DNA of 64,000 nucleotides, taken from positions 64,001-128,000 of the forward strand of contig JBIJDH010000014.1 of assembly GCA_044344255.1 (NCBI GenBank), written 5' to 3'. The notes below the pieces were generated by a model, which was not told the DNA's origin, searched no databases, and saw nothing but the letters and a program-made list of their open reading frames with translations. Below are positions 27,077-36,418 of this stretch, one piece after another (the stretch's first letter is position 1; each line of letters opens with the position of its first letter). Made by a program: the position numbers and the translations under genes. Source of the stretch: Myxococcota bacterium (GTDB lineage: Bacteria; Myxococcota_A; UBA796; UBA2385).

Positions 27077-28042
27077 ATGCTCTGCCGAACCCTTCCTGGC
27101 ACCTCGCTCTCCCTGTCCGTGATCGGCCTCGGCTGCTGGACCCTCGGCAACGAGGGCTGGGGGACGCCCGTCGATGACCAGACCGCCGACGACACCGTCC
27201 GCGCCGCCGTCGAGGCCGGGGTCAACTGGCTCGACACCGCCCCGCTGTACGGGGACGGCCACGCCGACGCCGTGGTCGCCCGCGCGCGCCGGGCGCACCC
27301 GGGCCTGATCGTCGCCACCAAGGTGGGGGCGCGCGTCGAGGCGGGGCACGCCCGGAGCGACCTCCGCCCCGAGGCGCTGCGCGCCGACGCCGAGGCCAGC
27401 CTCCGCCGCCTCGGTCGGATCGACCTCCTCCAGGTCCACTGGCCCTGTGAGCGCGGCACGCCGCTCGAAGACACGATGGGCGCCCTCCAGGCCCTCGTAG
27501 ACGCCGGTCACATCGGCGCCTTCGGCCTCTGTAACTACGACGCCGACGGCCTCCAGCGGGCGCGCGCGCAGGGCGCCGTCACCTCGCTCCAGACCCCCTA
27601 CAGCCTGCTCCGGCGGGAATTCGAGGGGGCGCTCCGGGAGGAGTGCGCCACCCCGCGCGGCGATCCCCCGCAGCCCATCGGCGTGCTCGCGTACGAGACG
27701 CTCTGCCGCGGCCTCCTCAGCGGCAAGCACACGGCCCCCCCGCGCTTCCACCCCTCCGACATCCGCGCCCGCGACCCTCGCTTCCGGGGCCTGGCCTTCG
27801 GGGTCGCCCGCGGCCTGAGCGAGGACCTCGCGCGGGTGGCCGAGAAGGTGGGCGCGCCGCAGGTCGCGCTGGCGACGGGCTGGGTGCTCTCCCGACCGGG
27901 GGTCACCGCCGCCGTCGTCGGGGCCCGCTCCGCCGCTCAGATCGTCGAGGTGGCCCGCGCCATCCCCCTCCTCGGGCGCGCGCGCCTGTGGAGCGTCATC
28001 GACCGGCTCGCCGCCGCGCACGGCGGGATCCCCCGCGGATAG
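27077..28042 (+). CDS. Aldo/keto reductase
   Basis: IGLGCW, DTAPLYG.G, ATKVG, IDLLQVHWP, GLCN, YSLL, GLLSGK. Confidence 0.92.
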   Translation: MLCRTLPGTSLSLSVIGLGCWTLGNEGWGTPVDDQTADDTVRAAVEAGVNWLDTAPLYGDGHADAVVARARRAHPGLIVATKVGARVEAGHARSDLRPEALRADAEASLRRLGRIDLLQVHWPCERGTPLEDTMGALQALVDAGHIGAFGLCNYDADGLQRARAQGAVTSLQTPYSLLRREFEGALREECATPRGDPPQPIGVLAYETLCRGLLSGKHTAPPRFHPSDIRARDPRFRGLAFGVARGLSEDLARVAEKVGAPQVALATGWVLSRPGVTAAVVGARSAAQIVEVARAIPLLGRARLWSVIDRLAAAHGGIPRG

Positions 28043-28063
28043 GGGCCTCGGAGGAGCGCGCCC

Positions 28064-28603
28064 ATGCCACCCGATCACCCGAGCGCCGCCGTTCAGGTCC
28101 TGAGCCTGCACGTCTTCACCTTCAAGGAGGGCCTGCTCTCCAGGGTCGCCCACGACCTGCGCCTCCGCGCCGAGCGGCCCCTGTGCCGTGTAGACGGCGC
28201 CATGGTCGAGCTCGAGGTCGAGGTCACCGGCCTCCGCGTCGACGGCGCGATGCGGGACGGCGCCCTCCGCCCCGACGAGCTCTCACCCAAGGACAAGGCG
28301 GAGATCGAGCGCACGCTCCAGGAGACGATCCTCGACGCCGCGCGTCACCCGAGGGTGCTCTTTCGCGGCCGGCTCACCGGGGCGCGCCTCGAGGGGGAGC
28401 TCCAGCTCCGCGGGCGCTCGCTCTCGGTCTCGATCCCCGTCCACCACGCCGACGGGCGCGTCCGGGGCACGGTCGAGCTGCAGCCCTCCCGCTGGGGCAT
28501 CGCGCCCTACCGGGCCCTGCTCGGGGCCATCCGCCTGCAAGACCGCGTCCTGGTGTCCTTCGAGGCCGAGGCGCCGCCGGCCCCGCCGTCGCCGTTCAGA
28601 TAG
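28064..28603 (+). CDS. YceI-like family protein
   Basis: FTFKEGLLSRVAHDL, ILDAARHP, LEGELQLRG, WGIAPY. Confidence 0.75.
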   Translation: MPPDHPSAAVQVLSLHVFTFKEGLLSRVAHDLRLRAERPLCRVDGAMVELEVEVTGLRVDGAMRDGALRPDELSPKDKAEIERTLQETILDAARHPRVLFRGRLTGARLEGELQLRGRSLSVSIPVHHADGRVRGTVELQPSRWGIAPYRALLGAIRLQDRVLVSFEAEAPPAPPSPFR

Positions 28604-28612
28604 GCTCCCCGA

Positions 28613-29170
28613 ATGGGACTCCTGACCTTCAGCATCAACGTCACCCTGGACGGCTGCGTCGACCACCAGGAGGGCATCGCCAACGACGAGACCCACGCCT
28701 TCTTCACCCGCCTGTTGGACGAGGGCGGGGCCTTGCTGTGGGGCCGTGTCACCTACGAGATGATGGAGGGCTACTGGCCAGCGATCGCCCGCGGCGAAGG
28801 GGCGGTGTCACCGGCCTTGCGCGATTGGGCGGTCACGCTCGAGGGCAAGCCAAAGTACGTGGTGTCGTCCACCCGTCGGGAATTCCCCTGGACCAACAGC
28901 CACCTCATCACCGGCGACCTGCGCGCGGGCGTGCAGCGGCTCAAGGACACAACCCCGGCCGGCGTGCTCCTGGGCAGCGGCACGCTCGCCACCGAGCTCG
29001 ACCGGCTGGACCTCATCGACGAGTACAAGCTCCTCGTCCAGCCCCGGATCGCTGGCCACGGCCCGACCCTGTACCAGGGCGGGCTGCCGAGCACGCGGCG
29101 GCTGGAGCTGGTCTCGGTGAGGCCGCTCCGAAGCGGCCCGGTGGCCGTGCACTACCGGCGCGCGCGCTGA
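28613..29170 (+). CDS. Dihydrofolate reductase family (RibD C-terminal domain) protein
   Basis: NVTLDG, GRVTYEMM..YWP, KYVVSST, GSGTL, LIDEY.L.V.P. Confidence 0.9.
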   Translation: MGLLTFSINVTLDGCVDHQEGIANDETHAFFTRLLDEGGALLWGRVTYEMMEGYWPAIARGEGAVSPALRDWAVTLEGKPKYVVSSTRREFPWTNSHLITGDLRAGVQRLKDTTPAGVLLGSGTLATELDRLDLIDEYKLLVQPRIAGHGPTLYQGGLPSTRRLELVSVRPLRSGPVAVHYRRAR

Positions 29171-29207
29171 CCCATTCAGGCGGCGCGGCGGCGTCCTCCC
29201 CGACGAT

Positions 29208-29342
29208 CCGGCGAAGCGCCTCCACGGCGGACGCGAAGAGGTCGAGCGCCCCTCCGCGTTCATCGCCGAGGCCTCGCGGGGCCTCTTCATTCAAGATCAA
29301 GGTGAGCCTCGGTCAGCTCGAGGCGGTGTCCGGGTCGATCCC
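29208..29342 (-). repeat. Copy A of a 135-bp direct repeat (last 10 codons of an rpn gene plus about 105 bp of 3' flank)
   Basis: Ungapped manual alignment to 34617-34751, 21 mismatches in 135 nt; minus strand reads GIDPDTASS-stop versus GIDPDTSSN-stop. Confidence 0.9.
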
Positions 29343-29343
29343 G

Positions 29344-30140
29344 TGTGGGATCCGGAAACTCTGGCGGGTCGAGATCCGGAAACTCTGGCGGGTTCTGACC
29401 CGCCGGCCGCTCTTCGGGGTCTCCGGTAGCAGGCGGGTGCCCTCCGAAGTCCCGCCCGGTGATCGACGTCATGACCCGCCTGAAGATCCACAACATGGCC
29501 GAGGGGGGCACTCCCCAGTCCGACATCGCCGAGCTCTGTGGCGTGGGCCTGCGCTCCGTTCAGCGCATCCTCGCCGAGACCGCGCCGACGCGGGACGAGG
29601 TCGTGGCCGGCGAGCGTGCCCGCACGCGAAACGTCGGGCGCCCGCCGAAGGCTGATGCAGCCATGGTCGAGCGGATCCGCCTCCTGCTCAAGACCCCCGG
29701 CAACGAACGGCTCCCGGCGACCGAGGTGCTCCGCCGCGCCACCGAGTGGGGCTACACCGGCGGCCGCAGCCAGATGACCGAGCTCGTGAAGCGGCTCCGC
29801 CCGAAGCCGCGACAGGAGCCGATCGTCCGCTTCGAGGGGCTGCCCCGCGAATACACACAGTTCGATTTCGGCGAGTGCCTGGTCGAGTTCGGCGCCACCG
29901 GTAAGCAGCGCGTCCAGTTCTTCACGGCGCGCCTGAAGTACTCCCGGTTCATGCACGTGATCGTCGTGCCCGACCAAATCGCTGAGACGCTTGTCCGCTC
30001 GCTGATCGCCTGTCTGGTCGCCTTCGGGGGCTCGACGAAGGAGTGGGTGTTCGACAACCCGCGCACCGTGCGGATCTCGCCCATCGGCGCGAAGCCGGTG
30101 GTGCTGCACCGGTTCCTTCGGCAGCTCGTCGCCGAGCACG
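29344..30140 (+). mobile_element. IS21-family insertion sequence, left end plus truncated istA
   Basis: Begins TG; two tandem 21-bp copies gatccggaaactctggcgggt (29349-29369, 29373-29393); no istB or right end seen. Confidence 0.85.
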
Positions 30141-30298
30141 TGGCGCACCGCTTCGCCACCTGCCCGGGCGCCGAAGGGGTCTCGATAGTGGGTCCGGCTG
30201 GCCTCATTCAGGAATCCTTGGAACATGCCTCGCTCTCTTCTTCGTTGCTCGACATCGAAGCGGAGGAAGAAGCCCTTCGGTACCGCCAGGCCAGGTAG
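29459..30298 (+). pseudogene. istA: IS21 transposase IstA, C-terminally truncated
   Basis: HTH SDIAELCGVGLRSVQR, GYTGG, RFEGLPREYTQFDFG, LKYSR, FDN; similarity ends at about 30140 before the third DDE residue. Confidence 0.85.
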
Positions 30299-30348
30299 GG
30301 CTTCCCGCGAAGCGCGAGCCTCTCTCCAGCAACAAAACACTGCGCCGC

Positions 30349-33300
30349 TCAGGCCGCCCGCCGCGCCGAGAGGCCCAAACCCGACCGTACCTGGACGAGC
30401 TCGGCTTCCAGCTGCTCCCGCCGTTCACCCGTCGCAGCCTCCGCTGCCGCCTGGAGCGTCACGGCGAGTTCGTAGGGGTTGGGTTGCGTACGAAGTACAT
30501 TCAGCGCACGTTCGAAGAGCTGCGTCGCCGCTTCGGGGCTCTTCCGCCACTGTGCCCGGCGCGCACGAAGCCGCAGGGCGGGGCCGCGAATGTAGGGGTA
30601 GATGGCACCCAACGCCCGAGCCTTGATCGCACAGAGCGCCACGATCGCTCGCAGCCGCCAATGGGGCACCCCTTTGGCTCCGTGGCTTAGCGCGTACAGC
30701 GCGGCCTCTCCCGCGTCTACGAGGCCAATCTGCAAGAAGGGCACGAGGATGTGATACCGCCACACGCTCCCGAAAGTGCGGCTCGCCGCTGTCGCAGCGC
30801 CCTCGGCGTCCTCTTCGAGGACATGGATCTTCGCCTGGTGGTTGAGCGACGCGCATTGGTTGGCGAGATCGGCCAGCGACGCGCTGATGCGGTGGGCCTC
30901 CTCCAGCTCCGCCAGGGCGGCACTCGCGTCGGTGACGCCCAGGAGGTACCGGCACATCGGCGACCACGAGAGGCGCCATGCCTGGTGGCGTGTGGCGTTG
31001 AGGCTCCGGGCAAGCTCGCCCATCTCGTCGAAGATCGGCAAAGCCCGGGCGAACTCCCCCTTGAGGTAGTGGCTCGTCGCATGGAGCATGAGCCCGGTCT
31101 GGGTCTCCCACTGCTCACCCACCCGAACAAACACCGCCCTCGCCTCACGGTGCACGGCGATGGCCTCGTCGAGTTCGTTGGCGAAGGTATGCCGCGTTGC
31201 GAGACGGCTCAGCGCGATGCCTTCGGCGACGGCGTCGTTTTCCCGCCGGGCGAGATCAAGACCATGCTCACAGGCCCGTTGGGCGCCGCCCAGCAGACCG
31301 GCACCGAAGAGGAGCGTGCCGAAATAGGTGTAGGCCTGGGAGAGTTCTCGCGCCGAGGCCACCTGACGACCGAGGTTCAGTGCGGCGAATGTCGCCCAGA
31401 TGAGCTTGGCGATGTCCAAGAAGTAGTAGATCCGGATGAGGGACACCAGAGTGGTGAGTTGCCTGCGCTTCGAGCCTCGGCTGGCACCGGCGCTGCCCTC
31501 GGGATCGCGGCCGACGAAGAAAGTGAGCACCCCAATGAGCGTGAGCGGCACGAGGCTCACCAGGCTCCGGGGAGCCCGGCGACCGTACAGGCCCAGCGAG
31601 GCCTCCAGGGCGTCAATGGCGAGGTGGCTGTCGCCTCGCTCTTGATACGCGCGGCCCAACCCTTCCTGAATCTCGGCGCGCTCCTGGTCGGTCCGAGCCG
31701 CGGTTTGCCCGGCGAGGAGCAGGTCTACTGCCTCGACGTACTCGCCCGCGTTCACCAGCACCTCGGCAAGCTCGATGCCGACGGAATGGCGGGTAGAGGC
31801 GCGGTCGGAGGCCGATAGCTCGGCCTGCCCCAAGAGGCCAAGCGCCCGCCGGTAGTGGGCGATGGCGTCGTCGTTGGCGTACTGGTCGCGGGCGTCTCGC
31901 GCGGCCATCAAGGTGTACCGGAGGCCACGGTCGGGATCGTCGCCCTCGACGCTGTGGTAGGCCAGGAGAGCCGAGGCCCCTCGCGCACGCTGGCCCAGAG
32001 CCTCTTCTTCAAAGAGCACGAAGCGGCGATGCATCGCTTGGCGCACGCCGGGCAGGAGTGTGGTGTAACATACATCGCGAATCAACACATGTTGGAAGGC
32101 CGCGCACAGAGGCGCACGAGACTCGATCGACAACAGGGTCGCCACGTTCAGGCGCCGCAGTGCCTCGTCCACGACCTCCCCATCGAGCGACTCACTCCAG
32201 ATCACCCGGACTGCGTCCAGGGCGAAGACCCGACCGATGACCGAACCACCTTTGAGCAGGGCGCGCTCCGCCTCTCCGAGCCGGTCAAGGCGGGTGAGCA
32301 ACACCTCGTGTACGGAGTTGGGCAACGCGATGTCCTCCGCCCTCTCGGGCATTCCCTCCAAGGAGTCGCCGAGGGTCTCGCGCAGGCCCAGGACGATGGA
32401 CTGTATGAAGAATGGGTTGCCCTGGGCGCGGCTGAGGATGCGGGTCTCGATCTCCAAGCGCGGCTCGGGCAGCGCGAGAAGCATCCGGGTCAGGGCCCGC
32501 GCCTCGTCGTCGGCGAGCTGATTGAGCTCACAGCGCCGCACCCCGGAGGCCCCGGAGAGGCGCTCTTCGGCCTCGCTCGGGCGGGCGGTTATGAGCATCG
32601 CCACAGGCAGGGCTTCGAGGCGCGCAGCGACGTGCTCGGCGAGCTCAACGGAGGCGCGATCGGCCAGATGGACGTCCTCCAGCCACAACATGAGCGGCCC
32701 CCGGGCGGCGCGTCCGGCGATGAGCTGCATGACGAGGGCGCTGAGCCGCTGACGGCGCCCCCGTGCGTCCAGCGCGCGCCCACGAGGGGCCTCACTCTCC
32801 CAGCCCATGAACTCGACGAGAAGCGAGACCGCGCCCGGGTCGTCTGGGGCCACCTGGCGAACCTCGACATCCAGACGCGCGATGCGCTCCTCCAAGGGCA
32901 GGGTCGGCGGCAGGTCCAATAGGCGGAGCAACACCTCACGCCAGGGGTAGAACGGCGTGCGTTGCTCGTAGGTGTAGCAGGCGCCCTCAACGACGTGAAC
33001 GCCGCGCCCGCGGGCCTCTGCGGCCAGGGCCTCGGCGAGGCTGGACTTGCCCACGCCGGCCTCGCCGACGAGGAGCGTGGCCCCGCCGCCGCCCGTCAAG
33101 GCCGCGCCGAGCGACAGCCGGAGGAGACTTCGCGCCTCCTGTCGCCCCACGAGCTCGGGTACGGCCCGCGCCCGCTCGCCGCTGCGCGCCGAGAGCACGG
33201 GCAACGAGAACACGGGATGCTCGATGCCCTTGAGCGTGCGCGCCCTCGGCTCCCCCAGGGCAAAGTCTGTCGCGATCGCACGGGCCGTGGCGGCGTCGAC

Positions 33301-34524
33301 CAGCACGCCGCGCTCGCACATGGTCATCAGCCGGGCGGCGACGTGGGCCGCCTCGCCCAAGGTGGTGTATCCACGGCGCCCGCCGCCACCGATGATGCCG
33401 CAGTACGCCGGGCCCGAAGCGACGCCGACGCCAATCTCACGAACCCCAGCGAGGCTCTCCGCCCCCTTTGCGACGGCCCAAGCAAACCGGGTTGCCATGA
33501 GCTCCTGGTGCTCCACGGCACTTGGCGCTCCGAAGACCACGAAGATCACGTTGCCCTTGTCGGTGAAGTCGGTCTGGGCCAGGAAGCCGCCGAATCGGAG
33601 GCTCTCGCGCTGGGCGAGCTCGTAGAAGGCGCGCAGCTCGGGCAGCCGCTCAATCAGCGGGCCGGGGACGCCCTCCAGCTCAAACTTGAGGAAGACGCAG
33701 GTGACGCCACGAAGCTCGGCGATGAGTTCGTCCCGCTCATGGCTGAGGCGACGGGTGAGAAAGGGGTGCAGAAGACGGGGCGCGAGTTCGGCATGGGGTG
33801 GGTTCTCGCGTCGCTCGAAGGGCGCAGCGGCGGCGGGCATCGGGATGAGGAAGGCCACGTCGTCAAGTTGGCGCTGAATCCAGGCCGGAGGCAGGTGCCG
33901 GGCCACACCGAGGTCGACGACCACATCGCCACCCGATGCCCGCTTCTCGGCACGAACTGCCGCCGCCAGGGGCTCCCCGACCAACAAGGGGTGAAGCCAG
34001 AGGTCGGACACGCCCAGAATGAGCCGGTGGACCTCGCCCATCGACACGCCAAACTTGCAGCGTAGCTCCAGGGACTCGTCGGGCGTCTGCACGAGTCGGG
34101 CGGTCTCGGCGAAGGCGGCGAGGCGCCGGGCGGTATCGGCAACGCGCCGGGCCAATGCGTCGTCGGGTTCGTCGAGACCTTGGGGCAGGCAGGCCAGGAT
34201 CGCGTCCCCTGCGAACTGATAGACGACTCCGCCCGCCGCGTGGATGACCCGCACGCTGCCTTCCGACCAGACCCGCAGCGCCCTTTGAAGGATGTCGAGA
34301 CCGTGGGGGCCCCGGCGGGTGAGATCGGCGACGAGATGTGTGGAGTGCTGGAGGTCGGCGAGGATGAGCCCGGCGCGCATGGCCTGGCCCTCGCCCTCCC
34401 GCGCCAGGGCGAGGTCGGCCAGCGCGAGGCTCGGCACATAGGCTGAGAGCAAAACGACGCCGTCCCGGTCGTCCGAGGTCGAAGAGAGCAGGAGATCCGA
34501 GTCACCCAGGGGGGAAGTGGACAC
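30349..34524 (-). CDS. Tandem class III nucleotidyl cyclase + STAND P-loop ATPase + TPR protein (soluble-AC-like)
   Basis: LADL..ST, YQFAGDAI, DKG, AARLM, LKG; LVGR, GEAGVGKS, LEDVHLADRAS, GNPFF, RLDRL, FQHVLIRD; TPR helices; start uncertain (34524 or 34662). Confidence 0.88.
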   Translation of the reverse strand: MSTSPLGDSDLLLSSTSDDRDGVVLLSAYVPSLALADLALAREGEGQAMRAGLILADLQHSTHLVADLTRRGPHGLDILQRALRVWSEGSVRVIHAAGGVVYQFAGDAILACLPQGLDEPDDALARRVADTARRLAAFAETARLVQTPDESLELRCKFGVSMGEVHRLILGVSDLWLHPLLVGEPLAAAVRAEKRASGGDVVVDLGVARHLPPAWIQRQLDDVAFLIPMPAAAAPFERRENPPHAELAPRLLHPFLTRRLSHERDELIAELRGVTCVFLKFELEGVPGPLIERLPELRAFYELAQRESLRFGGFLAQTDFTDKGNVIFVVFGAPSAVEHQELMATRFAWAVAKGAESLAGVREIGVGVASGPAYCGIIGGGGRRGYTTLGEAAHVAARLMTMCERGVLVDAATARAIATDFALGEPRARTLKGIEHPVFSLPVLSARSGERARAVPELVGRQEARSLLRLSLGAALTGGGGATLLVGEAGVGKSSLAEALAAEARGRGVHVVEGACYTYEQRTPFYPWREVLLRLLDLPPTLPLEERIARLDVEVRQVAPDDPGAVSLLVEFMGWESEAPRGRALDARGRRQRLSALVMQLIAGRAARGPLMLWLEDVHLADRASVELAEHVAARLEALPVAMLITARPSEAEERLSGASGVRRCELNQLADDEARALTRMLLALPEPRLEIETRILSRAQGNPFFIQSIVLGLRETLGDSLEGMPERAEDIALPNSVHEVLLTRLDRLGEAERALLKGGSVIGRVFALDAVRVIWSESLDGEVVDEALRRLNVATLLSIESRAPLCAAFQHVLIRDVCYTTLLPGVRQAMHRRFVLFEEEALGQRARGASALLAYHSVEGDDPDRGLRYTLMAARDARDQYANDDAIAHYRRALGLLGQAELSASDRASTRHSVGIELAEVLVNAGEYVEAVDLLLAGQTAARTDQERAEIQEGLGRAYQERGDSHLAIDALEASLGLYGRRAPRSLVSLVPLTLIGVLTFFVGRDPEGSAGASRGSKRRQLTTLVSLIRIYYFLDIAKLIWATFAALNLGRQVASARELSQAYTYFGTLLFGAGLLGGAQRACEHGLDLARRENDAVAEGIALSRLATRHTFANELDEAIAVHREARAVFVRVGEQWETQTGLMLHATSHYLKGEFARALPIFDEMGELARSLNATRHQAWRLSWSPMCRYLLGVTDASAALAELEEAHRISASLADLANQCASLNHQAKIHVLEEDAEGAATAASRTFGSVWRYHILVPFLQIGLVDAGEAALYALSHGAKGVPHWRLRAIVALCAIKARALGAIYPYIRGPALRLRARRAQWRKSPEAATQLFERALNVLRTQPNPYELAVTLQAAAEAATGERREQLEAELVQVRSGLGLSARRAA

Positions 34525-34616
34525 CAGAGGATCCGCGATGGGCTCGCCTGAAGCAGCACGCCGTCGGAACAGAATATCATAGACTGCGACTCGCTCCGAC
34601 AGGAAGTCCCGGTGGC

Positions 34617-34751
34617 CCGGCCAAGCGCCTCGTCGGCGCACGCGAAGAGGTCGAGCGTTCATCCGCGTTCATCGCAGGTGCCTCCCGGCGCATCTTCATC
34701 CAAGATCAAGGAAAGTCTCGGTCAGTTCGAGGAGGTGTCAGGATCGATCCC
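34617..34751 (-). repeat. Copy B of the 135-bp rpn 3'-end repeat
   Basis: About 84% identical to 29208-29342 by manual alignment, no gaps. Confidence 0.9.
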
Positions 34752-35669
34752 AGCGGCGAGCAGCACCTGCCGGAGCCGCTCCAGCTTCGCCTCGGCCTCG
34801 GCTCGGCCCGCTCGATGCCGTTCCTTCTCGACCCGCTCTTGCTCCTTCTCGGCCTGCACCTTCTCCTTCTCGGCCCGCTCTTGCTCCTTCTCGGCCTGGA
34901 CCTCCGCCAGGGCGGCCTCCAGCTCGGCGAGCCGCGCGGCGTCCTCTTCTCGCTCGACCTCCAGGGTGCGCTGGACGTGCAGGTAGTCGACCCGGGACTG
35001 GTAGAGGGCGAGGTCTCGCTGGGCGTCGCTGAAGCGCTCGAGGACAGACATGGCCTTTCGCATCTCCGGGCTCTGCAGGGCGGCGGGGAGGGTGGCCCAT
35101 CGCCCACCCTCCTTCAGAAAGTACAGCCAACGGGCCTCAGCGTCCAGCGGCCTACCTGGGTCGACCGTGCCGAGGGGCCCGAGCTTACGCAGCTCGAGGA
35201 CGTGGATGTCGAGCTGCGGCGACAGAACGAGCCGGCTGTGAGGGTCCATCACCGCGAAGCGATGGTGGAAGCCGAGCTCCTCCGGGAAGAGGGCGCCTTC
35301 GAGGATCCAGATCGAGCAGGCCGGCTTGAGCTTCGCATAGGCTTCGGCTTCGCCGATCTGGCCGTGGTACACGTGCGCCCAGGTGTAGAGGATGCGCTCG
35401 GGGAGGGTCTTGCCGACCCGCACCTGCAGCTCGATCTGGTAGACCACCCCCTCGCTGTCCGTGGCCTTCACGTCTACGATGGTCTCCTTGCCGCCGACGA
35501 ACTCCGCAGGGTTGTAGGGGTTCAGGATCGTGACGGCGGTGATGGCCGCTGTGGGCCGCAGCACCCCGTTCAGGAAGTCCAGGAGCAGGTCCTGGTTGGC
35601 GGGGTCTGCCAACAGGGCCTTGAAGACGCAGTCCACGAGGGGATCGACGAGGATGGGCGCGGGTCGCAT
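34722..35669 (-). CDS. Rpn family recombination-promoting nuclease / PD-(D/E)XK putative transposase
   Basis: DPLVDCVFK, LLDFLN, VDVKATD, IELQ, ERILY.WA..Y, IHVLEL.K, WLYFLK; C-terminal AEKEQER coiled-coil repeats. Confidence 0.92.
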   Translation of the reverse strand: MRPAPILVDPLVDCVFKALLADPANQDLLLDFLNGVLRPTAAITAVTILNPYNPAEFVGGKETIVDVKATDSEGVVYQIELQVRVGKTLPERILYTWAHVYHGQIGEAEAYAKLKPACSIWILEGALFPEELGFHHRFAVMDPHSRLVLSPQLDIHVLELRKLGPLGTVDPGRPLDAEARWLYFLKEGGRWATLPAALQSPEMRKAMSVLERFSDAQRDLALYQSRVDYLHVQRTLEVEREEDAARLAELEAALAEVQAEKEQERAEKEKVQAEKEQERVEKERHRAGRAEAEAKLERLRQVLLAAGIDPDTSSN

Positions 35670-35738
35670 CCTCCCCAAGTCGGCCTGGGAAGAGGGAAGA
35701 CCCGGGAAGAAGGAAGAGGGAGCATCCAGACTCGACGC

Positions 35739-35818
35739 CGAACGGAGAGAACCCCCTCAAACCGAAGTCTGAACGGTCCCTGTGTCGAATCCGAAAGTTA
35801 TGGTCGGGGTCACAGAAT
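35739..35818 (-). repeat. Degenerate duplicate of the tRNA-Pro 3' end and its terminator (att-like scar)
   Basis: 35739-35776 matches 38047-38084 with 3 mismatches in 38 nt; tatggtcggggtcacagaat versus tatggtcggggagacaggat at the tRNA 3' end. Confidence 0.85.
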
Positions 35819-36087
35819 GCTTATCGAGCTTTCTGACTCGACCCGCGCGGGTGGTGTAGCGAACGGATGCTCTCATTTGAGGCGGCGATCCGCCTGGATG
35901 TGGGTGCCCGACGGTGACGAGCGGGATGGCGCGGGGGCGAGGGAAGGTCGAGCGCCCCGTGGCCGAGAGCGAGCGTCACCGGTGGCAGTCCCCCACGACC
36001 CAGGGCCACCGCTTCCGGGCCGCGGGCCCGACCTCGATTTACGGTCCCAGTCCCGCCGTCCCCCGCCGTCGGGTCCCGAAAAGACAA

Positions 36088-36372
36088 TCATCCGAGCCTG
36101 GCACCGGTTCTCCGGTTCTCGGGTTTAGCGGGTAACTTCTCGCCGATGTTGGAGATGGCACCCCCACCCTTGGGGATGCTCACCGCGGGGGCTGCGACGC
36201 GGAAGTCGCTCCCGAGGGTACCGTCCGGGCCGCGCGCTGGCGCCGGGATGCGCCCCACCGTCCCCGGCCGGTTGGTCGGGGAGGCCATCGCGCTGGGAGG
36301 TGGGGTGGGCGGGGCAGGGGGCATGAGCCTTTGTTCTACGGCGGCGGCGGTGACGACAGCAGAATTGATCAA
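36088..36372 (-). pseudogene. N-terminal fragment of an SpvB-domain (TcB/TcaC-like, Rhs-associated) toxin
   Basis: APAVSIPKGGGAISNIGEK resembles the SpvB/TcB N-terminal motif; similarity stops at the 36094-36125 repeat. Confidence 0.7.
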
Positions 36373-36418
36373 AGATCAACAGGCGGAACCGCATTCACCC
36401 TTCCGATTTCGTGGGGTT

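Noticed and set aside
29013..29312. In-frame continuation after the rpn TGA (readthrough product LILNEEAP...)
   Set aside because: The copy behind the intact rpn has a second TGA within about 20 codons, and substitutions are not mainly synonymous
29349..29393. Two 21-bp direct repeats as a mini-CRISPR
   Set aside because: Only a 3-nt spacer, no cas genes; position and spacing match IS21 terminal transposase-binding repeats
35819..36093. Possible integrase remnant or ncRNA next to the att-like scar
   Set aside because: No recombinase motifs in any listed frame and no convincing structure by eye
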